Made by a program: the position numbers and the translations under genes | Source of the DNA: Asterias rubens | Taxonomy: Eukaryota | NCBI RefSeq assembly: GCF_902459465.1 | Contig: NC_047079.1 | Coordinates: 12,152,001-12,216,000 of the forward strand | Reading direction: 5' to 3' | Length of the DNA: 64,000 nt | In this document: positions 1-13,098 of the stretch, piece by piece | Layout: each line of letters opens with the position of its first letter | Position numbering within the stretch: the first letter of the stretch is position 1 | The notes under the pieces: generated by a model | Told to the model about the DNA's origin: nothing | Databases searched by the model: none | What the model saw: the letters and a program-made list of their open reading frames with translations, nothing else

Positions 1-906
1 TCGGTCGCGACCGACCGAGCGAGAATAAGGAGAACGACAAAATTACATCCCAGTAAGGAAGGTCTTTTAATGATGTGAACTACATTACATCCAACTCCAT
101 GAGCGTAATGGACTACTTTACAGTAGGCATAATTGAATCATTTAAACTTTGCCTTTGAACCAAAATTCAAATTCAAATTTCAAAGTTGTAAACGAACGGT
201 GGGTAAACCAATTCATTTTTTTTTTTAAATCAAACAACACTCTTTAATTTTGTTAGTACCATTAAAAAGACCGTTTTCTCACCTTATAATAAAAGAATCG
301 GATACGCCTATGTACCTCCAGCCTCACTAAACTACCGACAATTGAGATCAGATCTCTTGAATATCACCTAATTAAACATGCATTTTGGTTAGAACCGTAA
401 ATTAGTGGTCGTTTCAGCATCATTTGTGCATTGATTGTAGTAGTAGGCATTGGTTTTCAGGACCGTTCACGTTGAAGAGCCCCCTCAACGTCAACATCTG
501 CTTATCTTTATACTTATTGGCAGTTGCATGTCACTATTTATTTTTTTGCAGAGTGCTTTTTATCTATCAATTTCTTTAACTTAAAAAACGGGATAATTTA
601 AGATTGTTTGTTTTTAATGATTAAGTTTGTTGTTGAAATTTCCCTTTCTTATTCACATTATTATGGGCATTTTTATAATCGTGAAAGACAAAATGTAGCA
701 AGTTTTGTTCAGTGAAAACAACATCAACTTAAAACAGCCGTTGAAACGTTTTATTACAGAACCAGTCTAATTTATATCGTTTAAAAATCAAATAACAAGT
801 GCAGGAAACCAGACAACAATTTATCTCGTGATTTCGTGGAGCCAAATTTCACAAACATAACTGGACTGAATTTTGTTTTCGCTGAAAAGCATACTTTCTC
901 GTCAAA

Positions 907-1170
907 ATGACAGACAACAATCCAGCAAATACAAATACTAGCATTGAAGATAATCTCGACGATGGTTCAACGCCTGAAGTTGCATACAGAGGTGGTACTT
1001 TGTCCTTAAATAGTATCGAAACTGGCAACTTATTGGCAGATGACAACCGTTCAGCAACCAATGTTCCAACTGCAGTTTCCAATGGCACAACCAACGGGAA
1101 TTTCGTGAGGGGCCGACCGCAGAGCGCGCCGCTAACACTCGGGGTGCAAAGTGGGTTTTACGCTTCAAAG
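907..1170 (+). CDS. TPRG1L: TPRG1L-like (tumor protein p63-regulated gene 1-like) coding exon 1 of 5
   Basis: ATG at 907, low-complexity N-terminus ending ...GFYASK, then GT donor (AAG|GTTGGT) at 1171. Phase 0 joins exon 2. 88 codons. Confidence 0.75.
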
Positions 1171-1774
1171 GTTGGTTCTTGGACTTATACATTTCTGGAA
1201 GTCATTTGTTTGTTGAATGTGTTAGTTTTGGATATGAAAATGTTGACTGTTTGTTTTTCACGTAAAAATATTGTTTTGCTAAAACTTGTAGTATTAATTT
1301 TAATTTTAAATTTAGCATTTTTTTTACAACACTGACTCAGCTCAGCAGGTGTTTTTCTGTCATTTCTCAGCTCAGCGGGGGAGTAAGAGGATAACTTTCC
1401 GCATGGCGCCACCACTTTTTCAATAATTTTTACAAAAAGGGATATATCAATCAGGTAAATTAGATACTATATTATTTTATTTCGAATGAAAAAGTGGTGG
1501 CGCCATACGGAAACTTTTCCGAGTAAGACTCAGTCATGTCATATCATTCATACCGTCACGACCGTGCGTGAACTGAACGTGAAAATTGGAAAAGTTGTTC
1601 CCGTTTTTTCTTTGTGGGCAAGGGGATATTTCTTTTTTTTAAACTTACCAAATGAAAATGTGTTGACAGAATTTAGGCGTTTACGTTTGTTTTCTACAAC
1701 AAGTACAATATGTATAGGATAATGCCTGAGGTGCGCGCCATTCCTTGGTACGAATGGCCCGAGGGCTTCGCCCA

Positions 1775-2059
1775 CTCTGAAGTAACGTAGTTTTTGAGAA
1801 AGAAGTGATTTTCCACCTAAATATTATTTGAATTTGATTTCGAGACCTCTCAGAATTAGAGTTTGAGGTCCCGAAATCAAGCATCTGAAAGCACACAACT
1901 TCATGTGACAATGGTGTTTTTTCTTCCATTATTATCTCGCAACTTCGACGACCAATTGAGTTCAAATTTTTACAGGTTTGTTATTTTATTCATATGTTGA
2001 GATACACCAAGTGATAAGACTGGTCTTTGACAACTACCAAAGGTGTCTAGTGCCTTTAA
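1775..2059. mobile_element. TTAA-flanked MITE family 1 (Kolobok-like), 5'-truncated
   Basis: Family body ctctgaag..gagacctc..gaggtc..caagcatctgaaagcacac; ends gtgtctagtgcctttaa. Confidence 0.7.
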
Positions 2060-2510
2060 ATGCAACCCCCTCCCAACCAGATCCGATCTGCAATATTCAT
2101 CATGTGAAATAAACAATAACATTGTATAAAAAAAAAAAATTCCAACTCCAAAGTTACCTAAAGTGGGCATTTCCACCCCTTCCTTCAGTGTCAGTGTCAA
2201 TGACCACGACTTGCGACAAAGAGTACTTGCATTTTGTAATCTGTTTTCATATGCCTTTCCAAAAAAATACAACTGTAGTTGTCAATTTATACCTACAATA
2301 ACCAAGGGTGACCAGGTGACAGTCACCCATATAAAAAGAAAAACCTCAAAATGTGGCTTCAAATCAAAGGTATCTCAGTCCCTTTTCTCTCTACAGACTG
2401 CTGAAAACACCCATTTAAAACTTCTGGTAAAAATTAACCCTGTTTCAGACCCCCTAATAATTTTTCGTTTGAAAAGCTTGATATTGCTATGTTAAGTAAT
2501 GTGTTTCAAT

Positions 2511-2862
2511 TGGTCGAGTTGGTATTTGAAAAGCGTTTGTAACCGTTTGTTTTAAAATGCAGTTGATTAGAAAGATATTTTAAAAGTAGAATATTGTAAT
2601 CCACACAAGTATTACTCGAAATTGGATGATTTTCCTTTACCTCGTCGACTAACACAATTAGGAGTCATGGGAGTCAACCATAAATGGCCGACCGTGTTAG
2701 TTACCAAAGTAAACGAGAACCACACAATTTCGAGGCAAATTTGTGTGGATCATTGTATTCTACTTTTAAAAACATCTTTCTAACAATATGCATTTTATAA
2801 CAAAGGTGACAAACGCTATTCAAAGACCAACTTGACCGATCCAAGGCAACGTGTTCCTTTAA
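2511..2862. mobile_element. Fully palindromic TTAA MITE family 2
   Basis: Arms ..gaaaagcgtttgtaaccg..aaagtagaata../..tattctacttt..ccaaggcaacgtgttcctttaa around the centre gggagtcaa/ttgactccc. Confidence 0.75.
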
Positions 2863-4884
2863 TCACACACAGGGTTCTCCACATGCGGTTTTGTGCGGGC
2901 GCTGCGCCCGGACATAATTCTCAAAATACCAAAAGCGCCCGGACAAAAAAAGGCGCGCCCGGACAAAATCGTCGTGCGCCCGGACAAAAAATATCGCGCC
3001 CGGACAAAACAAATTGAAAAACACTTCACGACAAACACAAACCACCGTGCGATGCCTGTATCAACTACCTCTGTATACAATAATAGTGTGCAAAGACTGG
3101 TACCCAGATCTTGGCAATTTCGTAACGGCTACTACGCATGCATTTTTCTCTGTGTCGCAGGGCATCCTGACTACCATTTGACAACAGCGTGGTGTTTAGA
3201 CTTGGTTCCAAGTCTGTGAATCGTGCAGTTAAGTCGCCCTGATATATTATTGGCTGAAACAGTGCCCTCTCATGAATTAACATCCGATGATCCATCATTA
3301 GAGCATATTATTTCGAGCGTGGTAGAAAATCTACGGGGGTTACCACACTCTCAGACTTAAAATCAATTTTACGTGGTATGAGGAGACCGATCAGAGATCG
3401 AAAAAATACCCGGACGTAAGTCTGAAACTCAATTTTTTTGGGGGTAATCGTGCATAAAAGGGTTTTGTCCGTTCTGAAATGATTTGTGCAAAATTGTTTG
3501 TTCAATCAGTCGGTCTTGTAGGAATAGTTTGTGCAACTGCCGATCGTGCAGGAATGGTTTGTGTAATCATGGAGGTATTTTTTTATTTTGGTTTATCTAA
3601 TTGAGCATGAATAGTTTGCGCAATGTACCAATAGTACAGGAGTAGTGTGCGCAATATGCCGATGGATATGGAATAATTTGCGCAATTTGAAAACAGTGCA
3701 GGAATGGTTTGCGCAATATTTAACAATAGTGCAGGATTGGTTTAGCGCCCGTACAAAATTTTACCCTGTGGACAACCCTGACACAGTTAAACCCTTCATC
3801 CATGGTTAAATACAATATATACAGTGCTCATCCACTTTACTGGGGTTTTTATTTTGTGTTTTCTTTAAAGCTCCTATTGCATTCCACCAGTGAACGATTT
3901 CCCTTGTATAGTAGAGCAATGCTACACAAATTGTTTCAATTGCTATTAAAAAATCATGATTAAAAAATCATCGTACACAAAATAAGAACAGTGTACATTT
4001 TTGCTGCAGTTTGTTTAAAAATGCTGGACGAAGTCATTCCCTGTCCACTTTTACTGTTTGTGGATTTTTGTAATGTGTACGTACTGTACAATACACTGTA
4101 CTACATGTACAACTAGTCCTAACATGCCTAACACGTACGCTTTACATTAAAAACAAAACCCACTTTGTACGTGTGTATACATGTATAGATGATGTTTGTG
4201 GGACCAGCTGTTCACATTGTTGTATAGATTCGTTATTGGATCAGTGGATAGTGCATTATAGTGGGTGCATCTACAAGGTCATGTACAACATCATCACCAT
4301 ACTCATTAGCATACATAACTCAATAATGGTTTTCTAAATTTGATTAAAAGTATCTCCATTTGACATCGTCACACTCAATGTATGCACAACATATTCAGTG
4401 TGTTTAACATTGTTTTTACTTTGATAATACGTTATGAACGATTTACAAATGTTTTGAATAGACAGACAACAGAGATGATGTTGATGTCTGTAAAATAATG
4501 ACTTTGACGGACGGACGCTAGGTGTCCATCAATTTTGCATACTAAAATATTTACCAGCATTCTGTCTGCCCAAAACACGTTTTCTAGACTGAACATGTTT
4601 TGTGCAGACAGAATGCTGGTCATAATTTTTGGATTTTGTTGACGAGCAACTGAATCATTTTAACAGGATTGTCAATTTAGAATGCATGCATACATGTACT
4701 GTATGAACAGTTTACAACGAATCGTTGTACTGTTACAATGTGCATTAGCATAAATAGCCAAGTGCAATAAAAAGTGTTGACTGCACACACATGAAATACC
4801 CTGACCAGCATAATTTTTTTTATCGCCAACACTTTTATAGGCACCCTTGCTATTAGTTGTATTTATCCAATAATAAAACATCCA

Positions 4885-5226
4885 TTAAAGGCAGTGGACA
4901 CTATTGGTAATTACTCAAAATAGTTATTAGCATAAAACCTATCTTGGTGATGAGTAATGGAAGTGCCATAGTTTTAGAAAAAGAAGCAATTTTCCACGAA
5001 TTTGATTTCATGACCTCAAGTTTAGAACTTGAGGTCTCGAAATCAACCATCTAAACGCACACAACTTCGTGTGACAAGTGTGATTTTTTCTTTCATTATT
5101 ATCTCGCAACTTTGATGACCGATTGAGCTCAAATTTTCACAGGTTACTTATTTTATGCATATGTTGAGAAACACCAACTGTGAAGGCTAGTCTTTGACAA
5201 TTACCAATAGTGTCCACTGCCTTTAA
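4885..5226. mobile_element. TTAA-flanked MITE family 1 (Kolobok-like)
   Basis: ttaa|aggcagtggacactattggtaatt ... aattaccaatagtgtccactgcct|ttaa. A TTAA TSD with purine-purine termini is Kolobok-type; the classification is inferred. Confidence 0.8.
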
Positions 5227-5735
5227 AACATTTAAAAATATAGTTACAATAAAAACACTAGAAAGAAAATTAAAGGTATACAAACAATTTAAAAACTATT
5301 AAAATCTGGACCTCGTAAGCATGCAAGATAAAAAGTAAAGGCAAACAAATATTAGACAAACAATAAAGCATTGTACATGTAGTGTATACAGGGAAAACAC
5401 ATTATTGTTGATTGATTAAACATTTATACTGGCATTTATAATTGGCTGAAGTTGGAGGCAGGGGACATTTTGAGTACAAATTTACATTTACAAGAATTAG
5501 ACTTAGTTAAAGGGGGTACAAGATTCCCATGGGAAACAGATCAGGGGTGGATTCCACAACGAGTAAAGACTAGTCTAATCTCGAGTTAGGGTGAGTCACT
5601 CGTCCTAACTTTAGGACTAGCCGTATGTTTTTTAATATGTCCTCCTAATTTGGGACTAGTCCTAACTCTTTGTGAAATCGACCCCTGGTCTTGTATGAAT
5701 AACTGTAGACACGTACATGTAGGGCTTGTGAAACA

Positions 5736-6200
5736 ACTAGCATTAAGTGGGAGGCAGTTTAAAAGTTAAACTATTATAAACTAAGGGTGTACGTGTGGCC
5801 TTTCACTTAGAGATTGCCATCCTAGGGTCAGGGCTGTATGCTTCGTTTTTGAAAGGGCAAGGGCACCAAGGCAATGACAAGGGGCAACGGAGGCAATCGC
5901 CTCCGTTGCCTCCGTGAAGTATCAGGCCTGACTAGCATTAAGTGGGAGGCAGTTTAAAAGTTAAACTATTATAAACTAAGGGTGTACGTGTGGCCTTTCA
6001 CTTAGAGATTGCCATCCTAGGGTCAGGGCTGTATGTATCGTTTTTGAAAGGGCAAGGGCACCAAGACATTTTCTCTTTGGCAAAAGGCACCCTATGAGGA
6101 AATTGTAAAGTACTACTTGAGCATTTCAAGGGCACCAAGGCAATGACAAGGGGCAACAGAGGTAATCGCCTTCGTTGCCTCGGTGAAGTATCTGGCCTGT
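5736..6200. repeat. Direct duplication (~195 bp) including a cagggctg..ggcctg MITE
   Basis: actagcattaagtgggaggcag... starts at 5736 and again at 5931. Confidence 0.8.
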
Positions 6201-6418
6201 AGGGTACTTTATGTGGAGTTTGTGGGGGTTCTCTGGGGGGGGGGTCTATGTAAGTATAACCTTACAACCTCACGGCACGGCACTGTTTTGGCCCTGTGCT
6301 TTAAGTGTCTACGAAATCATTTTCAAATCCAGTGTCTTACAAATAATATTTTCCCAGGTGGGGGTTGTTTAGTATTGTTGATTTGATTTGTTTGTTTGTT
6401 TATTGTTTTTCTATGCAG

Positions 6419-6513
6419 GTTGGGCGTCTTGAAGAGGCTGTTCTTGAATGCAAAAAGGCTACAATTGTTGAGCAATTGGATGGACAGGTCCTGGGAGTGT
6501 GGCTGTTAACAGA
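6419..6513 (+). CDS. TPRG1L: TPRG1L-like exon 2
   Basis: Acceptor tttttctatgcag, then VGRLEEAVLECKKATIVEQLDGQVLGVWLLT(E), then donor gtaagt. Matches the remembered TPRG1L motif GEIQGVWLLTE. Confidence 0.9.
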
Positions 6514-6728
6514 GTAAGTTTCATCTGTTTCATCTGTCTTTATCTAGGGTTTCAAAATTACCCCATGTTCTCAAATTTTCTGCATTGTCCATAAGGGCAA
6601 ATCTATTTGCTGTTCATTTGAGTACATGTGCTAGTTCTGAAAGTTAGTGACAAGACAGCAGTGAATGTTTCAAGCATTTGTACAGAATTTGGGATCAATT
6701 TGTCTCTTTGTGAAAACGCAGAGGAGGC

Positions 6729-7048
6729 TTAAAGCCATTGGACAGTTTCGATAAACAGTATTGTCCAAAGGCCCACACTTCGTGTATCACAACTTATATG
6801 TATAAAATAACAAACCTGTGAAAATTTAGTCTCAATCGGTCATCGGAGTCGGGAGAAAATAATAGGAAAACCCACCCTTGTTTCTGCACGTTTCGCCGTG
6901 TCATGACATGTGTTTAAAATAAATCCGTAATTCCGATATACAGATATATCGAGAATTGATAATTGTTTTAATGTTTTCTCAAAAAGTAAAGCATTTCATG
7001 GAATAATATTTCTAGAGAAGTCTTTCACCAAGTGTCCAATGACTTTAA
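6729..7048. mobile_element. TTAA MITE family 3 (second copy at ~24562-24885)
   Basis: ttaaagccattggaca ... tgtccaatgactttaa; the body is shared with the 24.6-24.9 kb copy. Confidence 0.75.
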
Positions 7049-7870
7049 GCCATGTCCAAAATGATAGCTTTGATAGTTACTACATGTACATAGTACGTAC
7101 AAGTGTCCAGAGTGCTACATTGTAAAAATGCAGGCCTTGCCCTTTCAAAAGTTTGCGATCAAGACTTAAAGATTTTCCAATGGACGAGCCCTTTGCAAAA
7201 TGAAAATGACCTTCCTTGCCCTTCCAAAGATGAAATTCCAGGCCTTAAAAAGGCCTACATTTTCAATGTTGACACTATATGCCCAAAAACTCTAGCCTTA
7301 GCCACAGCGCTTAGCCAGAATTCCATGACTTGGATGTAGTCTTAAGCCTGGTTCATACTTTCTGCGAATGCGAAGTTAATTTAGGCAATCCCTATGCTTC
7401 TGTCCATTTATTGTTTTTTTGTTACGTCCCTCATTGTTTTCCGAATGTTTTTAAATCCTACATTTTCTGTTATTGTTGCTGTGTTTTTTTGATGTTTTTA
7501 AAGCCTGAAGGAATAAATTAATAAATAAATGTTGACGTCACAGGGCTGTTTTCACAGCGAATGTTTTTGCAAGAGTGGAGCACAAGTCAACTGATGTGAG
7601 TTATTCAGTGCGAATTCGTGAAGTCAAAATTTGTATCGCAATGACATTCGTAGAAAATATGAACCGGGCTGTATACATATCAAATTGTATATATGCAGTG
7701 CATGAAAATATGAACCGGGCTTTATACATTGAAAGTATCAAAGTGACATAGATGTACAATTTTGATACGGAAAGCCGGGTTCATATTTCCTGCAACTGCG
7801 AATGCGCTACTAACAGTTAAAAGACCAAACGGATGCAATCTGACCATGGCTTGATTTGATGTGTGTTTAG

Positions 7871-8047
7871 GATTGACCATTGGGATCATGAGAAGGAGCG
7901 TCTGGCCATCTTGACCGATAACAGCTTCCTGCTCATCAAGTATGACTTTGTATCTGGAACTGTGAGAGAATACAAACGTATCAATCATGTCGCTGTCAAT
8001 ACTATGCAGATTGGTGTCTTCTCGTACCCAGAGAAGTCTCTAGTAAG
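7871..8047 (+). CDS. TPRG1L: TPRG1L-like exon 3
   Basis: Acceptor gtgtttag, then IDHWDHEKERLAILTDNSFLLIKYDFVSGTVREYKRINHVAVNTMQIGVFSYPEKSLV, then donor gtaaga. Similar to vertebrate DHWNNEKERLVLVT..KYDF. Phases 2/2 are consistent. Confidence 0.92.
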
Positions 8048-9232
8048 GTAAGATCTTAATACTTTTTTTCTGGGTCTGTGAGAGAATACAAACGTAACAA
8101 TCATGTCGCTGTCAGTACTACGCAGATTGGTGTCTTCTCGTACCCAGAGAAGTCTCTAGTAAGGTAAGATCTTAAAGTAAGACTTTGTATCTGGAACTGT
8201 GAGAGAATACAAACGTATCAATCATGTCGCTGTCAATACTACGCAGATTGGTGTCTTCTCGTACCCAGAGAAGTCTCTAGTAGGGTAAGATCTTAAGGTA
8301 CATATAACCTTGTATCCGGGTTTGTAAGAGAATACAAGCGTATCATTTAGGCCTGGACGACATGTAAAATTTACTACTCAACTCGTCGAGGTTGCTGTCA
8401 ATACTATGCAGATTGGTGTCTTCTCATACCCAGAGAAGTCTCTAGTCAGGTAAGATCTTAAAGTATATGACTTTTTATCTGGGTCTGTGAGAGAATACAA
8501 ATGTATCAATCATGTCGCTGTCAATACTTTGCAGATTGGTGTCTTCTCGTACCCAGAGAAGTCTCTAGTCAGGTAAGATCTTAAGGTATAACCTTGTATC
8601 CGGGTTTGTAAGAGAATACAAGCGTATCATTTAGGCCTGGACGACTTGTACAATTTACTACTCAACTCGTCGAGGTCGTTGTAAATACTATGCAGATTGG
8701 TGTCTTCTCGTACCCAGAGAAGTCTCTAGTAATGTAAGATCTAAAAGTATGACTTTGTAAATGAGACTGTTAGAGAATACATTGTATCATTTAGGCCTGG
8801 GCGACTAGTGAAATTTTCTACTCGACTCGTCGCACTTCAAGTAGTACAACACAGTAGTCGCGACAAATTTTTTAATTCGAAAGATGCATTGTAGCAATGT
8901 TTGCCGCAGGCGCAATATAGTAAAATTCAAGTTGAACGGATTGAAGGATTGTGTCACTGATGTCAGATTGTGTTTTGTAAGTAAATTATGGTTTTCCTGA
9001 GTAGTCGTGACTATTTTGTTAGTAGTCACAACTATTTTTGTAGTAGTCGTGGCAGCATGATTAATCGAGTAGTTGAAAACGGTGGTCGAGACTCAATTTA
9101 GCAATCAATAGTTGCGACTACAACACTAATCAAACTAGTCGCCCAGACCTACTCGGCAGATTGGTAGATGCTCGGCAGATTGGTGTCTTCTCCTTAATAC
9201 ACAGAGAAGTCTCTGGTTAGGTAAGATATATT
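8048..9232 (+). repeat. Tandem array of ~7 copies of the exon-3 3' half plus splice donor (120-165 bp units)
   Basis: Repeated gagaatacaaacgtatcaatcatgtcgctgtcaatactatgcagattggtgtcttctcgtacccagagaagtctctagtaaggtaagatct, identical or nearly identical to the end of exon 3. Confidence 0.9.
8792..9151. mobile_element. hAT-like MITE inserted in the last array unit
   Basis: TIRs taggcctgggcgactagt / actagtcgcccagaccta. No intact TSD seen. Confidence 0.6.
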
Positions 9233-9771
9233 ATAAGCTGGGGATTATCTTTACTAAAAATGCAAAGATGTTCAAATGTTGAATACCCATAATCAGTTCT
9301 AATCATCCATAGTACTTTGTTAGACCTACGTTATTGTACTCAAAAAGACAAATGAGATCAAGTTGTGTTTGTTCTTTATACATGTAGGTATAAAACAGAC
9401 AATACTGTAGAGAGTTTTCTCATGTTTAAAAATGTTGAGCTTGCGGTCTTGTGGAGTTAACCCTCACCACACAAAAAGATCTCGGCAGTTGTTTTACTTT
9501 TAATGTTACATTAAAGTTAATAGTCTACAAATCCTCTGTTTGGAATCGGCCAAGTGCAATAAAAAGTGTTGTCTGTACACACACGTGAAATATTCTGACC
9601 AGCATAATTTGCACAAAAATTGTTGAACTGTCAAAACTTGGCTGTTCAAAACCATACTTGTACACTGTTGAAACCCTGACTGGTTGACCCCTTGCAGCAG
9701 CGCCCACTGTGGCTATAGCACTGGTTATTAGCTACTTATGTAACCAAGTCGTTTGTATGATTTATTTACAG

Positions 9772-9928
9772 CCCACGAGATGGAACTGGTGTGCGCGTTA
9801 TCTGGAGCCATGGTCGACAACCATCATTCGCAGAACGCTGGAACCCATTTTGCGGCACCATACCATGGGTAACATTGACAAGCCACCCACTGGAGCATAA
9901 CAACACTAGGGAAGCTGAGAACTATCAG
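9772..9928 (+). CDS. TPRG1L: TPRG1L-like exon 4
   Basis: Acceptor tttatttacag, then PRDGTGVRVIWSHGRQPSFAERWNPFCGTIPWVTLTSHPLEHNNTREAENYQ, then donor gtaaaa. Similar to PSFINRWNPW..PYATFTEHP. Confidence 0.92.
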
Positions 9929-10501
9929 GTAAAATGGGGAGATAGTGCTTTCTGCTTTACCAGCCAGGCTCCCGATGGATGATACCCAAGTCCATACATC
10001 CGCATGGACTGTTAAGGGGGTACCTAAATTTCCTGCGGATAAGACACGTTTTATCTGACTTTTTAGACCCCATAAACATTGTTGCGTCTTACCTTTTGGA
10101 GCGCCCTTCTGCTAACGATTGAATTCTTTTGACGATCACCGCGTGAAGTCTTACGTTTATGCAGTAGAATTATACAGTAAAATGTTATCATTTTTCTTCA
10201 ATTGAAACCAGCATCGTACATGTTGTGTAGTTTTAACAAGCTTTGACGAACCATGGATGAACGTACCGACCAAAGAACTAACTCACTGCCATGCTGATGC
10301 CCGCTAGTACATGTAATTTAAAAAATGTGGGGCGCAATCTTTGAAAAGATGCATTAAACAAAAAAGTCACTAGGTGGCTTAGATTGATGGTAATATCCCT
10401 TGGCTTACATTGACAAGCCACACCCTGGACCACACCAACACACTCAGATAAGTTATTCCATTGTCTTATTCTTTGACGATGTTTCTTTACTTGTTTCTTA
10501 G

Positions 10502-10705
10502 ATTGATACCTTCAAGGGAGCATACATTCAAGCCATCAATTCCTGGCGTCAGAAACAGAACCAGGCATTGAGTAATGCAGCGTCTAGTACCCTGACTATC
10601 ATCGAGACTCCTATTGAATGTGACGTATTTCTGGGTTTGTCCTCTTCAGTACATAACCAGAGTCGGCTTGGTTTTTACAGAGAGAGGGGCGGAGTTAGCT
10701 TCTAG
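10502..10705 (+). CDS. TPRG1L: TPRG1L-like exon 5 (terminal)
   Basis: Acceptor ttgtttcttag, then IDTFKGAYIQAINSWRQKQNQALSNAASSTLTIIETPIECDVFLGLSSSVHNQSRLGFYRERGGVSF and TAG. C-terminus resembles TPRG1L ..NEAKLGYSMTRGKIGF. The spliced product is 298 aa. Confidence 0.9.
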   Translation: MDTFKGAYIQAINSWRQKQNQALSNAASSTLTIIETPIECDVFLGLSSSVHNQSRLGFYRERGGVSF

Positions 10706-11677
10706 AGAGGGGGCAAATTTCGCTGCTAGACGTCCATGAAGGTACATGACATAAAATATATGAAGAAAGCTTGAATTTATTTTTGTTGCTGTATTCACTA
10801 ATTGTTTGCTTGAGAGCATTATTGGGCCCAGTTTCATAGCGCTGCTTAATGGAAGCAATTCCATGCTAACTGTAGCAGAAAAAATTGCTTCAAAAGCATA
10901 AAGGGGATTTCATGAGTTAGCAATAAAATTAGGCGGCCATCTTGCGTGTTCTACATGGCTTTACATTGTTACAAGTACGTCGTTCATTTTCATATAGTAT
11001 TAGTAAGCACAGGAAGCTGAGCATGGGATTTTCATGTGCTTACGGTAAGCAGCAATATGAAATGGAATTTGTACAGTAAGCACAAAATCGGCTGTTTAGC
11101 AGCTCTGTAAAATTGGGCTCTGTTGTTTATTGGCAAACTGTGATGTCACACCATATGGGGGTTGTGGTACATGCAACAGAATTGTTGATAAGTGATTTTA
11201 TTTTTGAAGATGAAGTCCTAAAGTAAAGTTGCAGGTACAGGGATGAGATTGTTTTTTTTAAGGATCAAATTCATAAAAAAAAATGAAGATAAAACCATAT
11301 AATAATGCCCCAGATTGCAGAGTGGGGCTTTTAGAACAAAAGATAAATATTAATATTGGGCTTCATGCTCGCAAGTTTTCGAGCTTCCTTGCTTTCGTGC
11401 TTTGCGCTCAGAGTTCATTTTTTGTTCTCAACAGCCTATCGCATCCCTACAGGTATGCTGGCTCCTTTTGCGTCTTATTAAGATTGTTTCATTGCAAGTT
11501 AGAGATAATGTATATATGCTAGCTTGGAGATCTCTTTATCTTGTTAATAAGTTTGATGCAATTATACTCTTAGTCTTAGCCACTCCCTCTCTACTGAAGT
11601 TGTTCTTTGATTTTGATTTATTCAAGGAAAGTTCAATGATGGGACTTGGCGTTTAAAGACATTCTTCAAAGACTAAA

Positions 11678-11853
11678 GGCCCGGTCATACAGGCTCGATA
11701 ACAAGAACGAAAACGAGAATGTTGAAAATGCACGCCAACAATTGGTTGAATAAGCGTGGGCGTATTCTGCGGGGAGCAATTCAACCAATAGAATGCGCTC
11801 TCTTTGCGTCGTTATCGTTATCGTTTTTGTTAATGCTGCAGTGTGACTCGGCC
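11678..11853. mobile_element. PIF/Harbinger-like MITE
   Basis: TIRs ggcccggtcatac / gtgtgactcggcc, with TAA/TTA flanks. Confidence 0.5.
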
Positions 11854-12068
11854 TTAAGGCGTTTTCTGAATTAAAAGTTGTTGTCATGAGAAGTTTGTTT
11901 TGAAGATGAAGGGTTTTTGTGTGTGAAATGACACGAGGAGCTGGGTTTGGCAAGGACTTTGAGCATGCAGGAGATGCAGTTATAGGGGATTTGGGTACTT
12001 TTTCGAAATTCCACAGATTTACATTTTACTTACACGGTTTGAAGATAATGATAGAAGAAAGCTTCCCT

Positions 12069-12476
12069 TTAAAGGCAGTGGACACTACTGGTAATTACTC
12101 AAAATAATAATTGGCATAAAACTTTTCTTGGTGACGAGTAATGGGGAGAGGTTGATAGTATAAAACATTGTGAGAAACAGTTCCCTCTGAAGTGACGTAG
12201 TTTTCAAGAAAGAAATAATTTTCCACGAAGTTGATTTTGAGTCCTCAAGTTTAGAATTTGAGGTCTTGAAATCAAGTACATGTATCTGAATGCACACAAC
12301 TTCGTGTGACAAGGGTGTTTTTTCTTTCATACAGTAGTTATCTCGCAACTCCCATGACCAATTGAGCTCAAATTTTAACAGGTTTGTTATTTTATGCATA
12401 TGTTGAGATACACCAAGTGAGAAGACTAGCCTTTGACAATTACCAATAGTGTCCAATAGTGTCCCTGTGTCTTTAA
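12069..12476. mobile_element. MITE family 1, nested in another TTAA-family element
   Basis: Both TIRs and TTAA are present. The flanks (11980-12068, 12477-12530) match the element at 27.77-28.09 kb. Confidence 0.75.
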
Positions 12477-13098
12477 TGTAAATCTGTGGACATTGTGTTT
12501 TGTGTTAGAAAATAGTACACAGACCCTTTAATTATTGTAAATACAATTGTAAAGCTTTCAGCACTTAAATTTATAGAGTTTTGTTGTGTCTAAATGATTT
12601 TCAAAAAATACACGTAACCCCTTATGTTCCTTTAAAATTGCTTCTGTGTATTGGATGTGGAGGTATATCAGTTAAGAATGTACTTCAACATTTGGACATT
12701 ATTGGGTTAATTTTACGGAACATGGGGGGCCTGATCAAATGTAAGTAAAGTAAGTCACTGAATGTTGGTTTGAGTTATGTTTGATTATTCAATTGATGAC
12801 GGACTGAAAACATCATACTCTGTATTAAATGTAAGAGGCTGGATAAGTAAACGGGACTGGGGGACTGTATTTTTTACGGTTATTAAAGTAAATGTCTTTG
12901 ATAAAGGGATTTAATCTAATAGATTGAACTTTGCATCAAGGATAAAGAATATTAGTTTTTGGTTCTACCCATTTACTGTTAGCACTGTATACTCCAGTAC
13001 TTACCAGAGCTCTGTGAGCAAAAATTAATGAGTTACTACTCCGGTGGGATTCGGACCCACAACCTTTGCAATTCTAGAACAGTGTCTTTAATCTTGTT

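Noticed and set aside
1171-1335. Hydrophobic C-terminal half of the 907-1335 ORF
   Set aside because: It lies past the GT donor at 1171, so it is intronic read-through; the TPRG1L frame continues in exon 2.
2919-3012. Five GCGCCCGGACA repeats with short spacers resembling a CRISPR array
   Set aside because: Repeats are 11 bp with 6-13 nt A-rich spacers, the context is eukaryotic, and there are no cas genes. This is a short degenerate minisatellite.
13035-13085. tRNA-like segments gggattcgaaccc (also ~23140-23190 and 62110-62170) as tRNA genes
   Set aside because: Only partial B-box heads with no complete cloverleaf; consistent with SINE fragments.
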